From positions 1 to 64,000 of IMG/VR virus record IMGVR_UViG_3300023174_005350: a stretch of 64,000 nt of DNA, one strand, 5' to 3'. Origin of the DNA: a virus. Shown here piece by piece: positions 1 through 6,918 of this stretch (the stretch's first letter is position 1; each line of letters begins with the position of its first letter). A model generated the notes under the pieces. The model was not told where the DNA came from and did not search any database. It saw nothing but the letters and a program-made list of their open reading frames with translations. Position numbers and translations under genes: made by a program.

Positions 1-29
1 AGATTGACAATCTCCAGATTGACGAGTTG

Positions 30-58
30 TTGCGTTCCCTTCGCAGCTAGGATATAAT
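30..58 (+). promoter_or_regulatory. sigma70-type early promoter, leaderless mRNA
   Basis: TTGCGT-17 nt-TATAAT; ATG 7 nt downstream of -10, no SD. Confidence 0.8.
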
Positions 59-65
59 AACCACC

Positions 66-263
66 ATGACCATCAACGTTAAGAATCGTGACACTGGCAA
101 GCTTGTTTACTGTGGCGATACCATTGTTGGAATCTATAACGAGCCGTGGATTTTTCTTGCTATGTCAAGCCCAATGACAGTGTGGGTTCGTGACCCGATT
201 ACTGGTGCGGTTGTTGACTTTGACCCGTCCACTATGGTAATCGACGTGGACGTGGTAGCCTAA
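66..263 (+). CDS. hypothetical early protein (65 aa)
   Basis: ORF starts at the predicted TSS of the 30-58 promoter. Confidence 0.75.
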   Translation: MTINVKNRDTGKLVYCGDTIVGIYNEPWIFLAMSSPMTVWVRDPITGAVVDFDPSTMVIDVDVVA

Positions 264-273
264 CCTGTAGCCT

Positions 274-345
274 TGGCACGGAGCTTGCACAGCCGCCGCG
301 CCGTAGGCGCGGCTGGCATTATATCATAATAAAAAATAAAAGCAA
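274..345. promoter_or_regulatory. convergent promoter/hairpin element U1
   Basis: + sigma54 consensus TGGCAC-N5-TTGCA (274-289); hairpin GCCGCGCC-GTA-GGCGCGGC (295-313); - strand TTGCTT-16-TATAAT with TG extension (345-318). Confidence 0.75.
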
Positions 346-480
346 GAGAAAAAAACTAATAATGTCCACCCACCCACGGGCAAACGGCGCATGTTAGTCC
401 ATCCAGCAACGGGAGTCAAGGACGAAAAAAAATGCATCCACCCTCTTGCACGCACACGGAAGCGCGTCTATAATAAGGGC

Positions 481-666
481 ATGACCAACCAAACCTGCAA
501 CGGACGGCACACGAAGAACGATGGTTCCTACTGGGTGAACGATGCGCGTGGTATCCCGCTTGCCCGCGTCTGCACCAAGTGCGAGGATGCGAAGCTTGCA
601 AAGTATCGGAAGGACGTTCGCACGAACTCTAACTATTGGGCAGACGAGATTGTTGACGGCGACTAA
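481..666 (+). CDS. small Cys/His-containing early protein (61 aa)
   Basis: TTGCAC(446)-17-TATAAT(469-474) then ATG 6 nt later; true start probably 481 rather than 391; CxxC motif. Confidence 0.75.
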   Translation: MTNQTCNGRHTKNDGSYWVNDARGIPLARVCTKCEDAKLAKYRKDVRTNSNYWADEIVDGD

Positions 667-721
667 GGTTCCAGCGTATAATATCCCGGCAGTTAACCCG
701 TAGCACAAACGAGAGAAAAAA

Positions 722-1024
722 ATGATCATCTTCCGTCGCCTCATCCGTTCCAAGGGTTCTCAGTCCGCGAAGCTTGTCGGTGGACACCGTTTCGCGGTGA
801 ATGTTAAGACGCTGATCGCTCATGCAAAGCAGACCCGTCACGTCTACGCTTTCATTGACGAGAACGGCAACGAAGGGACCATTCGTTCCGGTGTCCTCAT
901 GCGGACGGTTGATAGCCACGTTCGCAACACCCTGACGGTTCAGGATGCGATCCAGCGTCCCTTGCCGTTTTCGGTTGACAACACTCCCGAGGTTGTGATT
1001 CGGAATGGTGTGATTGCAGCCTAG
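722..1024 (+). CDS. hypothetical early protein (100 aa)
   Basis: promoter TTGACG(653)-18-TATAAT(677); leader shared with gene at 1732. Confidence 0.75.
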   Translation: MIIFRRLIRSKGSQSAKLVGGHRFAVNVKTLIAHAKQTRHVYAFIDENGNEGTIRSGVLMRTVDSHVRNTLTVQDAIQRPLPFSVDNTPEVVIRNGVIAA

Positions 1025-1139
1025 TTGACAACCCCTTGGCTCCCGTGCTAGAATAAGGCGGGAGCCTTGGCATAGAGGTTGCAGCCGCCCTTCGGGCGTC
1101 GGCTGGCACGATTATATCATGGGCAAAAGATAAAAGCAA
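1025..1139. promoter_or_regulatory. convergent promoter/hairpin element U2
   Basis: + TTGACA-18-TAGAAT (1025-1054); + sigma54 TGGCAT-N5-TTGCA (1068-1083); hairpin 1082-1105; - TTGCTT-17-TATAAT (1139-1111). Confidence 0.75.
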
Positions 1140-1209
1140 CTAAAAAAAGAAAAAAAGAAAGTGGTTCCACCCCCTTGCAATCGTATGGGAGCGCGCATAT
1201 AATATCGCC

Positions 1210-1377
1210 ATGACCCAGACCGAGTTTCCCTTCCTGAGCAAGATCCGCACCTGCGAGGTTTGCAAGCACTCTTATGTTTCCGTGCTTGTCAACTGGGATC
1301 GTTGCGGAGTGTGCGAGGAAAACGTTAGGAAAGAAAATCTGAAATCAATACTTGCACGCTTCAACGTGAAGGAGTAG
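1210..1377 (+). CDS. Cys4 zinc-finger microprotein (55 aa, absent from ORF track)
   Basis: MTQTEFPFLSKIRTCEVCKH...RCGVCEE; TTGCAA(1175)-17-TATAAT(1198), ATG 6 nt later. Confidence 0.8.
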   Translation: MTQTEFPFLSKIRTCEVCKHSYVSVLVNWDRCGVCEENVRKENLKSILARFNVKE

Positions 1378-1387
1378 AATAACCGCC

Positions 1388-1552
1388 ATGAACAAGCCAA
1401 AGCGAATCAAGATTGTTCTCCAGAAGAAGGCGTGCGTCAAGTGTCTGACGCAATGGCAGACTAGCAATAAGGATAGCAAGGTTTGCCCTTCGTGCGTCAA
1501 TGACCCTTCAACAATCCTCACGCGGTGCCTTGCAAACATTGTGAAGCTGTGA
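1388..1552 (+). CDS. Cys4 zinc-finger microprotein (54 aa, absent from ORF track)
   Basis: MNKPKRIKIVLQKKACVKC...VCPSC; TTGCAC(1352)-17-TAGAAT(1375). Confidence 0.8.
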   Translation: MNKPKRIKIVLQKKACVKCLTQWQTSNKDSKVCPSCVNDPSTILTRCLANIVKL

Positions 1553-1563
1553 GAGAATAAGAC

Positions 1564-1683
1564 ATGATCAAAGCAAAGCGGGTTGGCGGTCTTTACTTCC
1601 TGTCCATCGGTCGTCTCCAGATTTCATTTTGTGTCAAGCGTAAGCCTAGCAAGAAAAAGATGTTGGTCCCTCCGCAGTTCTGA
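1564..1683 (+). CDS. basic microprotein (39 aa, absent from ORF track)
   Basis: MIKAKRVGGLYFLSIGRLQISFCVKRKPSKKKMLVPPQF; TTGCAA(1530)-17-GAGAAT(1553). Confidence 0.6.
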   Translation: MIKAKRVGGLYFLSIGRLQISFCVKRKPSKKKMLVPPQF

Positions 1684-1731
1684 TGTATAATAACCCTCGC
1701 AGTTAACCCGTAGAACGAAAGAGAAAAAACA

Positions 1732-1968
1732 ATGGCTACTTTCCTTGACGTGGCAGAGAAGCTTAACTCCTACAAGCGTTCCAACGGTCAGCGCGTGCTG
1801 TATGTGACCGATGCAGCGATTGTGCTTGACAGTCCGGTAGTGAGCGGTAACGAGGTTGCCGCCGTTATTGAGGGTCAGGTTTGCACGTTCACTCTCGGTG
1901 TCAACTGCTATCGTATGCTCCGCACGCGCCGTGTTGAGACTACTGAAACGTGGACGCTGGACGAGTAA
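1732..1968 (+). CDS. hypothetical early protein (78 aa)
   Basis: TTGGTC(1663)-17-TATAAT(1686); leader shared with gene at 722. Confidence 0.7.
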   Translation: MATFLDVAEKLNSYKRSNGQRVLYVTDAAIVLDSPVVSGNEVAAVIEGQVCTFTLGVNCYRMLRTRRVETTETWTLDE

Positions 1969-1979
1969 GAAAATAAAGC

Positions 1980-2061
1980 TTGACAGCTTGCCGAGTCGGT
2001 GGCATAATAGCCGCCGATTTCGGCGGCTGCATATTATATCATAAGGAAAAGAATAAAGCAA
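1980..2061. promoter_or_regulatory. convergent promoter/hairpin element U3
   Basis: + TTGACA-17-CATAAT (1980-2008); hairpin AGCCGCCG-ATTT-CGGCGGCT; - TTGCTT-17-TATAAT (2061-2033). Confidence 0.8.
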
Positions 2062-2142
2062 TAAAGAAAAGCACGGGAAGATAAGAAAAAAAAGATGTGC
2101 AGGCTCTTGATTCCCGTAGAGATTCCAGCGTATAATATGGGC

Positions 2143-2274
2143 ATGAACGAGAACAACAGCTGGTGCAAGGATTGCGGCACGGAGAAGAACCTTGTCATTT
2201 TCTCCGAGGCTCCGAAGGTTGTCCTTTGCACGGAGTGCGCCATGTGGCGTGACAGCAAGATTGACAAGCGGTAA
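2143..2274 (+). CDS. Cys4 zinc-finger microprotein (43 aa, absent from ORF track)
   Basis: MNENNSWCKDCG...LCTECAMW; TTGATT(2107)-18-TATAAT(2131). Confidence 0.75.
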   Translation: MNENNSWCKDCGTEKNLVIFSEAPKVVLCTECAMWRDSKIDKR

Positions 2275-2296
2275 AAGCGCAAGGTATAATATCACC

Positions 2297-2527
2297 ATGA
2301 CCAACAACAACGGCGTCACCTTCTGCGATGTGTGCGACAACGAGTGCGAGCAGAGCGAGATCTCTGTGCGTGAGGACTTCAACGGTGAGTGCGAGGAAGT
2401 GTGCCGCACCTGCGTGGATCAGGAGAACATGACGGAGGATGAAGTGGACGAGATGAACATGTTGGAGGAGGAGTCTGACGCCGATGTGCGGGAAGATATC
2501 CTCGATATGTACTACAACGAATATTAG
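2297..2527 (+). CDS. Cys4 zinc finger plus highly acidic tail (76 aa)
   Basis: TTGACA(2261)-18-TATAAT(2285), ATG 6 nt later; CDVC...CRTC; D/E-rich C-terminus. Confidence 0.8.
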   Translation: MTNNNGVTFCDVCDNECEQSEISVREDFNGECEEVCRTCVDQENMTEDEVDEMNMLEEESDADVREDILDMYYNEY

Positions 2528-2613
2528 TTGACAGGCGTTGGGGGGTTTGCTATACTAGCCCCCCGCGCCGTAGGCGCGGCTGGCATTATACCCCATGTGT
2601 AGTGGCGAGTCAA
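2528..2613. promoter_or_regulatory. convergent promoter/hairpin element U4
   Basis: + TTGACA-17-TATACT (2528-2556); 28 nt identical to U1 (2563-2590 = 296-323); - TTGACT-17-TATAAT (2613-2585). Confidence 0.8.
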
Positions 2614-2683
2614 GCTAAAAGCGCAGCGTGGAAAAAATAAATAAATGCTTGCGTGTACCCCCGGTTCATGAGAGTATGTGCGT

Positions 2684-3049
2684 ATGACCAACAACAACAT
2701 GACCATCGAGATCCGCGTGGGCGACGAGCTTCAGGAGATTGTTGTGTCCACCAAGTGGGAGATTTGCGAGCGTTGCGAGGGCAACGGCAAGCACGACCCT
2801 GAGTCGTTCTCCAACGGCTTTACCCAGAGCGAGTTCTATGAACTCTTCGACGATGAGGAGGAGCGCGAAAACTATTTCAATGGCAAGCACGATGTTGCGT
2901 GCCGCGAGTGCAACGCCTCGGGCAAGGTGCGCGTGCCTGACCTTAGCTCTCTCACGGACGAGGAGCGCGAGGGCTACGAGCGTGCGCTGGAGGACCGTGC
3001 CGACTACGAGCGGGAGTGCCGCTACGAGCGCCGGTACCTCGGGTACTAG
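2684..3049 (+). CDS. DnaJ-type CxxCxGxG zinc-finger protein, acidic
   Basis: CERCEGNG and CRECNASG motifs; promoter TTGCGT(2649)-17-GAGTAT. Confidence 0.75.
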   Translation: MTNNNMTIEIRVGDELQEIVVSTKWEICERCEGNGKHDPESFSNGFTQSEFYELFDDEEERENYFNGKHDVACRECNASGKVRVPDLSSLTDEEREGYERALEDRADYERECRYERRYLGY

Positions 3050-3109
3050 TTGCCCCTGTCAAGGGGGTGGTGGTTGGCTAAATAAAAAAAATAAAAGCCT
3101 CCCACCCCC

Positions 3110-3205
3110 TTGACGAATATCCACAGGTATGGTAAACTAGCCGCCTCGTTCCTCGGCGGGAGGCTGGGACACCTATATTATATCACGGGTGGATAGGTAG
3201 CGCAA
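3110..3205. promoter_or_regulatory. convergent promoter/hairpin element U5
   Basis: + TTGACG-17-TAAACT (3110-3138); GC-rich imperfect hairpin starting AGCCGCC; - TTGCGC-17-TATAAT (3205-3177). Confidence 0.75.
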
Positions 3206-3281
3206 GAAATAAAAAAAGATATTCCACCACTTGCCCACCACCATCCTATCAAGGTAAGCTAGACACATAGGAGAAAAGATT

Positions 3282-3692
3282 ATGGCGAGCAAAGACTACG
3301 AGAAGAACGATAAGTATTATGCAAAGCTTGAGCAACAGATTGAACAGGTTGCACTTATCATGCATAGGCTTAACAACATGTGGAGCTTCACAGGTTCCCA
3401 GCTGTCCTATGCCTGTGACAACTACATGCGTCCCCGTGACCTTGCCACACTAGAGGAGCGTGTGCATTGCTTGGTGCAGGCTTATGCTGCGCTAACAAAG
3501 AGTGTCACCTTGTATACATCTCAGGGATATGTCCTGCCAGCTTTCTGGGATAGTACGTTTGGCAAGCTAGGACAAGATATAATCTTTACCTTGCCTGAGA
3601 TGCTGCATGTCAAAAAAGAAAAAGCCTTCTATAAAAATTTGATAAAGACCTTCACCCTTGCGTGGGGGGAGTCCCCCTCCCTCCCCCTGTAA
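3282..3692 (+). CDS. hypothetical protein (136 aa)
   Basis: AGGAG SD; promoter TTGCCC(3231)-18-TAAGCT. Confidence 0.7.
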   Translation: MASKDYEKNDKYYAKLEQQIEQVALIMHRLNNMWSFTGSQLSYACDNYMRPRDLATLEERVHCLVQAYAALTKSVTLYTSQGYVLPAFWDSTFGKLGQDIIFTLPEMLHVKKEKAFYKNLIKTFTLAWGESPSLPL

Positions 3693-3780
3693 CGTCCATG
3701 GACCAGAAATATAAGTCTCTATGCTCTTGACAAGCGCGCTAAAAGGTGCCTATGGTCTTAAATATACACGGGACTAAAAA

Positions 3781-4041
3781 ATGAAAAAATTCAAGTTCAA
3801 AATTGGTGATCTCATTGCATGTTATAATGATCCCGATAATTATAAAATAATACTCGGTTGGGTTGTAGACCGTTGGAAAAATAAAAAAGGCGAGAACAAC
3901 TACCATGTACATTGGAGCGATATAGCCGATAATTCGGATTATATACAAACGCCAATAGATGAATATGGCGTAAATGAGTGTTATAATTTACTACAAAAAG
4001 CCATCGAAACGGACACATGGCATGGTAAAAAAATTCTGTAA
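3781..4041 (+). CDS. small beta-barrel (SH3/KOW-like) 'IGDL' family protein
   Basis: FKIGDLIA...LGWVVD...YHVHW. Confidence 0.6.
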   Translation: MKKFKFKIGDLIACYNDPDNYKIILGWVVDRWKNKKGENNYHVHWSDIADNSDYIQTPIDEYGVNECYNLLQKAIETDTWHGKKIL

Positions 4042-4062
4042 AAAATTTTTTGGAAATTTTTC

Positions 4063-4326
4063 ATGAAAAAATCAAAGTACAATATAGGTGACTTGGTAGC
4101 AACCTATGTCCAATTTGATGATAAAAATGATATATTATTATTAGGATGGATAGTTAGTAAAAATATATATGTTACTATCAATAATAGAATGACGTGGATA
4201 TATGATATAGAATGGGCCGATGGTGAGCAGGAGGATGAAGTAGAAGAAGATGTTGTATATAATGTTATAAAGGCATTTCGGGAAGCAAAGCGCTATAAGC
4301 GTTGGACCCGAAGTAAATGGACATGA
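4063..4326 (+). CDS. small beta-barrel 'IGDL' family protein
   Basis: YNIGDLVA...LGWIVS...YDIEW. Confidence 0.6.
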   Translation: MKKSKYNIGDLVATYVQFDDKNDILLLGWIVSKNIYVTINNRMTWIYDIEWADGEQEDEVEEDVVYNVIKAFREAKRYKRWTRSKWT

Positions 4327-5042
4327 TATATACGGAAGATGAAATAAAAAAACGATGTGTAGAATTAGTGAACGGACCCCCTCTGCCGGTGCTTGGCAAG
4401 GGGGATAAACGTTTTGGCATGACGCTAGAGAGGTATATGAATATCGATATAAACTCTCGCGTAACAAGCGATATTGAAAGTCTTGATTTAGAAATAAAAG
4501 CAAAAATAAAAAAAGAAACAGACCTAACGCTTTTTTCAACAAAACCTGCTTTTCTACGCTTGAATAGCGATGAATTCTTTCGTATTCATAACAAATTAAA
4601 AGATAACACTGAATCCTTGTACACGGACGTAGGCGGCGGCGTGAACTCATTTGGTTTGCAAATAAGCATCCAACAGACTGCTGAAGATATAGAAATGATT
4701 ATCTATGATGCTGAACGGAATATAAATCGCGCTTCAATCAACTTTGGTCACATTAAACATATAGCAAAAATGAAAATGCGAAACCTCTTGGTCGCCTACG
4801 GCGACAGATTGGAGGTTGCGGGCGTCGAACATGTCCGGTTTGATTCAGTTCATATCCACCAAAATTTGAATTTGACGAACGAAAAGATTCGTGACTTTCT
4901 ACTTAATAATAAGATGGTTTATTCTTTCAGACAGCGGAAGCGTCATGGTAAATACAAAGACCATGGTAGTGCATTCCGTTTGACGGATCCAAAATATTTG
5001 AAAGAATTGTATAGCAGTTATGAAGAGATACAACGTAAATGA
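4317..5042 (+). CDS. MvaI/BcnI-family restriction endonuclease-like protein
   Basis: GxTLE...N..D...EIK...TLFSxxP and C-terminal DHGSAFRL motifs. Confidence 0.7.
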   Translation: MDMIYTEDEIKKRCVELVNGPPLPVLGKGDKRFGMTLERYMNIDINSRVTSDIESLDLEIKAKIKKETDLTLFSTKPAFLRLNSDEFFRIHNKLKDNTESLYTDVGGGVNSFGLQISIQQTAEDIEMIIYDAERNINRASINFGHIKHIAKMKMRNLLVAYGDRLEVAGVEHVRFDSVHIHQNLNLTNEKIRDFLLNNKMVYSFRQRKRHGKYKDHGSAFRLTDPKYLKELYSSYEEIQRK

Positions 5043-5242
5043 GAGATGATATTCCAATTGGAACATTGGTTTCCCTAAGTGGTGAAGACATAGGTATTGT
5101 TGTTGATCATCACTATATAAAAGCTTGGCCGGATGAAAGCGCAGATAACATAAGATATAAAGTTATCTATAAAATCAATATCATCAATAAAAATTTATAT
5201 AAATATTGCTATTCATATGAGATGGTAATATTAAGTGAATAG
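5039..5242 (+). CDS. small 'IGxLV' family protein
   Basis: IPIGTLV...IGIVVD. Confidence 0.55.
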   Translation: MRDDIPIGTLVSLSGEDIGIVVDHHYIKAWPDESADNIRYKVIYKINIINKNLYKYCYSYEMVILSE

Positions 5243-5429
5243 GCGATTCGATACAGGCGATCTTGTGCATTTCAAGATGGATAACGCATATTTTGGCTTA
5301 TGTGTTGTTACTGGTTTTGGAAAAAATTTTTTTAAAGATGGGCAATATACTGTAGTTAATTGTGCTTCTGGTGAAGTGTATATTGCTTTTGATTATGAAC
5401 TATTTTCCGTCGAAGAGTTTGGTATATAA
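5235..5429 (+). CDS. small 'GDLV' family protein
   Basis: FDTGDLVHF...LCVVT. Confidence 0.55.
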   Translation: MNRRFDTGDLVHFKMDNAYFGLCVVTGFGKNFFKDGQYTVVNCASGEVYIAFDYELFSVEEFGI

Positions 5430-5443
5430 AACTAATTATATAC

Positions 5444-5674
5444 ATGAGTCGTAAACTAAATGAATATATATATCCCTATAGAAAAATTAGTATTGGAAGC
5501 TTGGTAGAAGTAAAAATTATCAAACGTACAATAGATATATGCATTGTTACTGATAGAAATACTGGTTTACGAGAGAAAGACCATTGGTATATTGTTCGTA
5601 GCATATTTACCGATAAAGAATATGCCGCTTATCCTAATGAATTAAAAATTCTTAGTGGAGAAGTAGAAGACTAA
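5444..5674 (+). CDS. small 'IGxLV' family protein
   Basis: ISIGSLVEV...ICIVTD; ACTAATTA at 5431. Confidence 0.55.
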   Translation: MSRKLNEYIYPYRKISIGSLVEVKIIKRTIDICIVTDRNTGLREKDHWYIVRSIFTDKEYAAYPNELKILSGEVED

Positions 5675-5681
5675 TTATTGT

Positions 5682-6212
5682 ATGAATAAAAATAATTCCG
5701 CTGAATTTGATGCATACGTTGAGGAAATAAAAAAAGAATTTCCTAATTTTGAGATTGTTCCAAAACAAGATTCACGTTTAATGAAGTTTATATATAATGT
5801 AACGCTTATGCGTTTTTGGAATCCACAATTCATGGGATATTTTATAACAACTATGTTTGGTAAAGTATATATGCCTAAACAATATATTGGTATGCCTACA
5901 ATGGTTGATGTTTTACGTCATGAAGTTGTGCATTTACGTGATATGAAAAAATATCCTGTACTGTTTGAACTAACTTATATCCTATTTCCTCTGCCAATTG
6001 TCTTTACTATGCGTGCTTTTTGGGAATATCGTGGTTATTGTGAAAGCATTTTAGCTAATAATGATAGATATGGTTATATTTCTAGCAATAGTATTGATTT
6101 TTTTGTGGAACAGTTTACTGGATCGAACTATTTATGGATGTGTCCGTTTCCTAAATTTGTTAGAAATAAATTTCTAAAATTTGCTAAAAGTAAAAATATA
6201 AAGGTAATATAA
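5682..6212 (+). CDS. putative HExxH zinc metallopeptidase
   Basis: LRHEVVHLRD with downstream WEYRGY. Confidence 0.6.
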   Translation: MNKNNSAEFDAYVEEIKKEFPNFEIVPKQDSRLMKFIYNVTLMRFWNPQFMGYFITTMFGKVYMPKQYIGMPTMVDVLRHEVVHLRDMKKYPVLFELTYILFPLPIVFTMRAFWEYRGYCESILANNDRYGYISSNSIDFFVEQFTGSNYLWMCPFPKFVRNKFLKFAKSKNIKVI

Positions 6213-6214
6213 TT

Positions 6215-6679
6215 ATGAAAATTACAAAAGATTATTTACGTCAAGTGATTCGTGAAAGTTTAGAAGAAGTTGGCGAAAAAGAAAATACTAACCCATACTA
6301 TTTAGTTGGTAAGATCTTAGGTACATTGAGTGGTATACTTAGTCTTTTAAGTGTTAGAAACATAAAAGACACTGAAACTGAGTTGGAATATGCTATAACA
6401 ATAGTAAAAAAATTACAAGATAGATTAAGAAAAGAAAATTTACCAACTGTAAGTGAAAACAAGACTATATCCAAAGACTCAATCCGTCAAATGATTCGTG
6501 AAAGTTTGGAAGAAGCAGTATCTTCTGATCCTCGCATGGCTGTATATGATGAATTAATACAAGGTCTTAATAAAGTAGTAAAAAAATATAAAATTTTTCC
6601 CGATACCGATCAAGAAATGAATTTACTTATTGGTAAAGTACAACAACAATTAAGAGATATTAGAGATAATATAAAATAA
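6215..6679 (+). CDS. putative head-internal protein with duplicated KITK..L.Q.IRESLEE motif
   Basis: ITKDYLRQVIRESLEE and ISKDSIRQMIRESLEE. Confidence 0.55.
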   Translation: MKITKDYLRQVIRESLEEVGEKENTNPYYLVGKILGTLSGILSLLSVRNIKDTETELEYAITIVKKLQDRLRKENLPTVSENKTISKDSIRQMIRESLEEAVSSDPRMAVYDELIQGLNKVVKKYKIFPDTDQEMNLLIGKVQQQLRDIRDNIK

Positions 6680-6680
6680 C

Positions 6681-6908
6681 ATGAAACTTACAAAATCCTT
6701 TATTAAACAATTAATCCGTGAAGCAATAGATGATCCAAGTATTGCTGGTAGCCGTATGAGCGGAGAAGAAGTTTATCATGATGAAGAACGTTATAGAGAA
6801 GGCGAACAGGAAGAAAATGAAGTAATACGTGAACTAGAAGACGTTATTACTGGTTTAATGAATGTAAAAAGAAAGCTTGAATTAGCGCAAAAAAAAGAAA
6901 ATAAATAG
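6681..6908 (+). CDS. putative head-internal protein (MKLTK..IKQLIRE motif)
   Basis: same N-terminal motif as 6215 and 18642. Confidence 0.55.
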   Translation: MKLTKSFIKQLIREAIDDPSIAGSRMSGEEVYHDEERYREGEQEENEVIRELEDVITGLMNVKRKLELAQKKENK

Positions 6909-6918
6909 TTTTTAAGAT

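Noticed and set aside
391-2296. ORF-track upstream starts at 391 and 2192
   Set aside because: These extensions run through promoters or another gene; ATGs at 481 and 2297 fit the leaderless pattern.
394-2890. Minus-strand ORFs in the early region (e.g. 1624-2409, 394-753) as targets of the reverse promoters
   Set aside because: They are shadows of GC-rich + strand genes, cross A-tracts and promoters, and their starts do not match the reverse TSSs.
274-3205. Repeated GC hairpins as a CRISPR array
   Set aside because: Copies are divergent, hundreds of nt apart and separated by genes; there is no constant repeat-spacer period and no cas operon.
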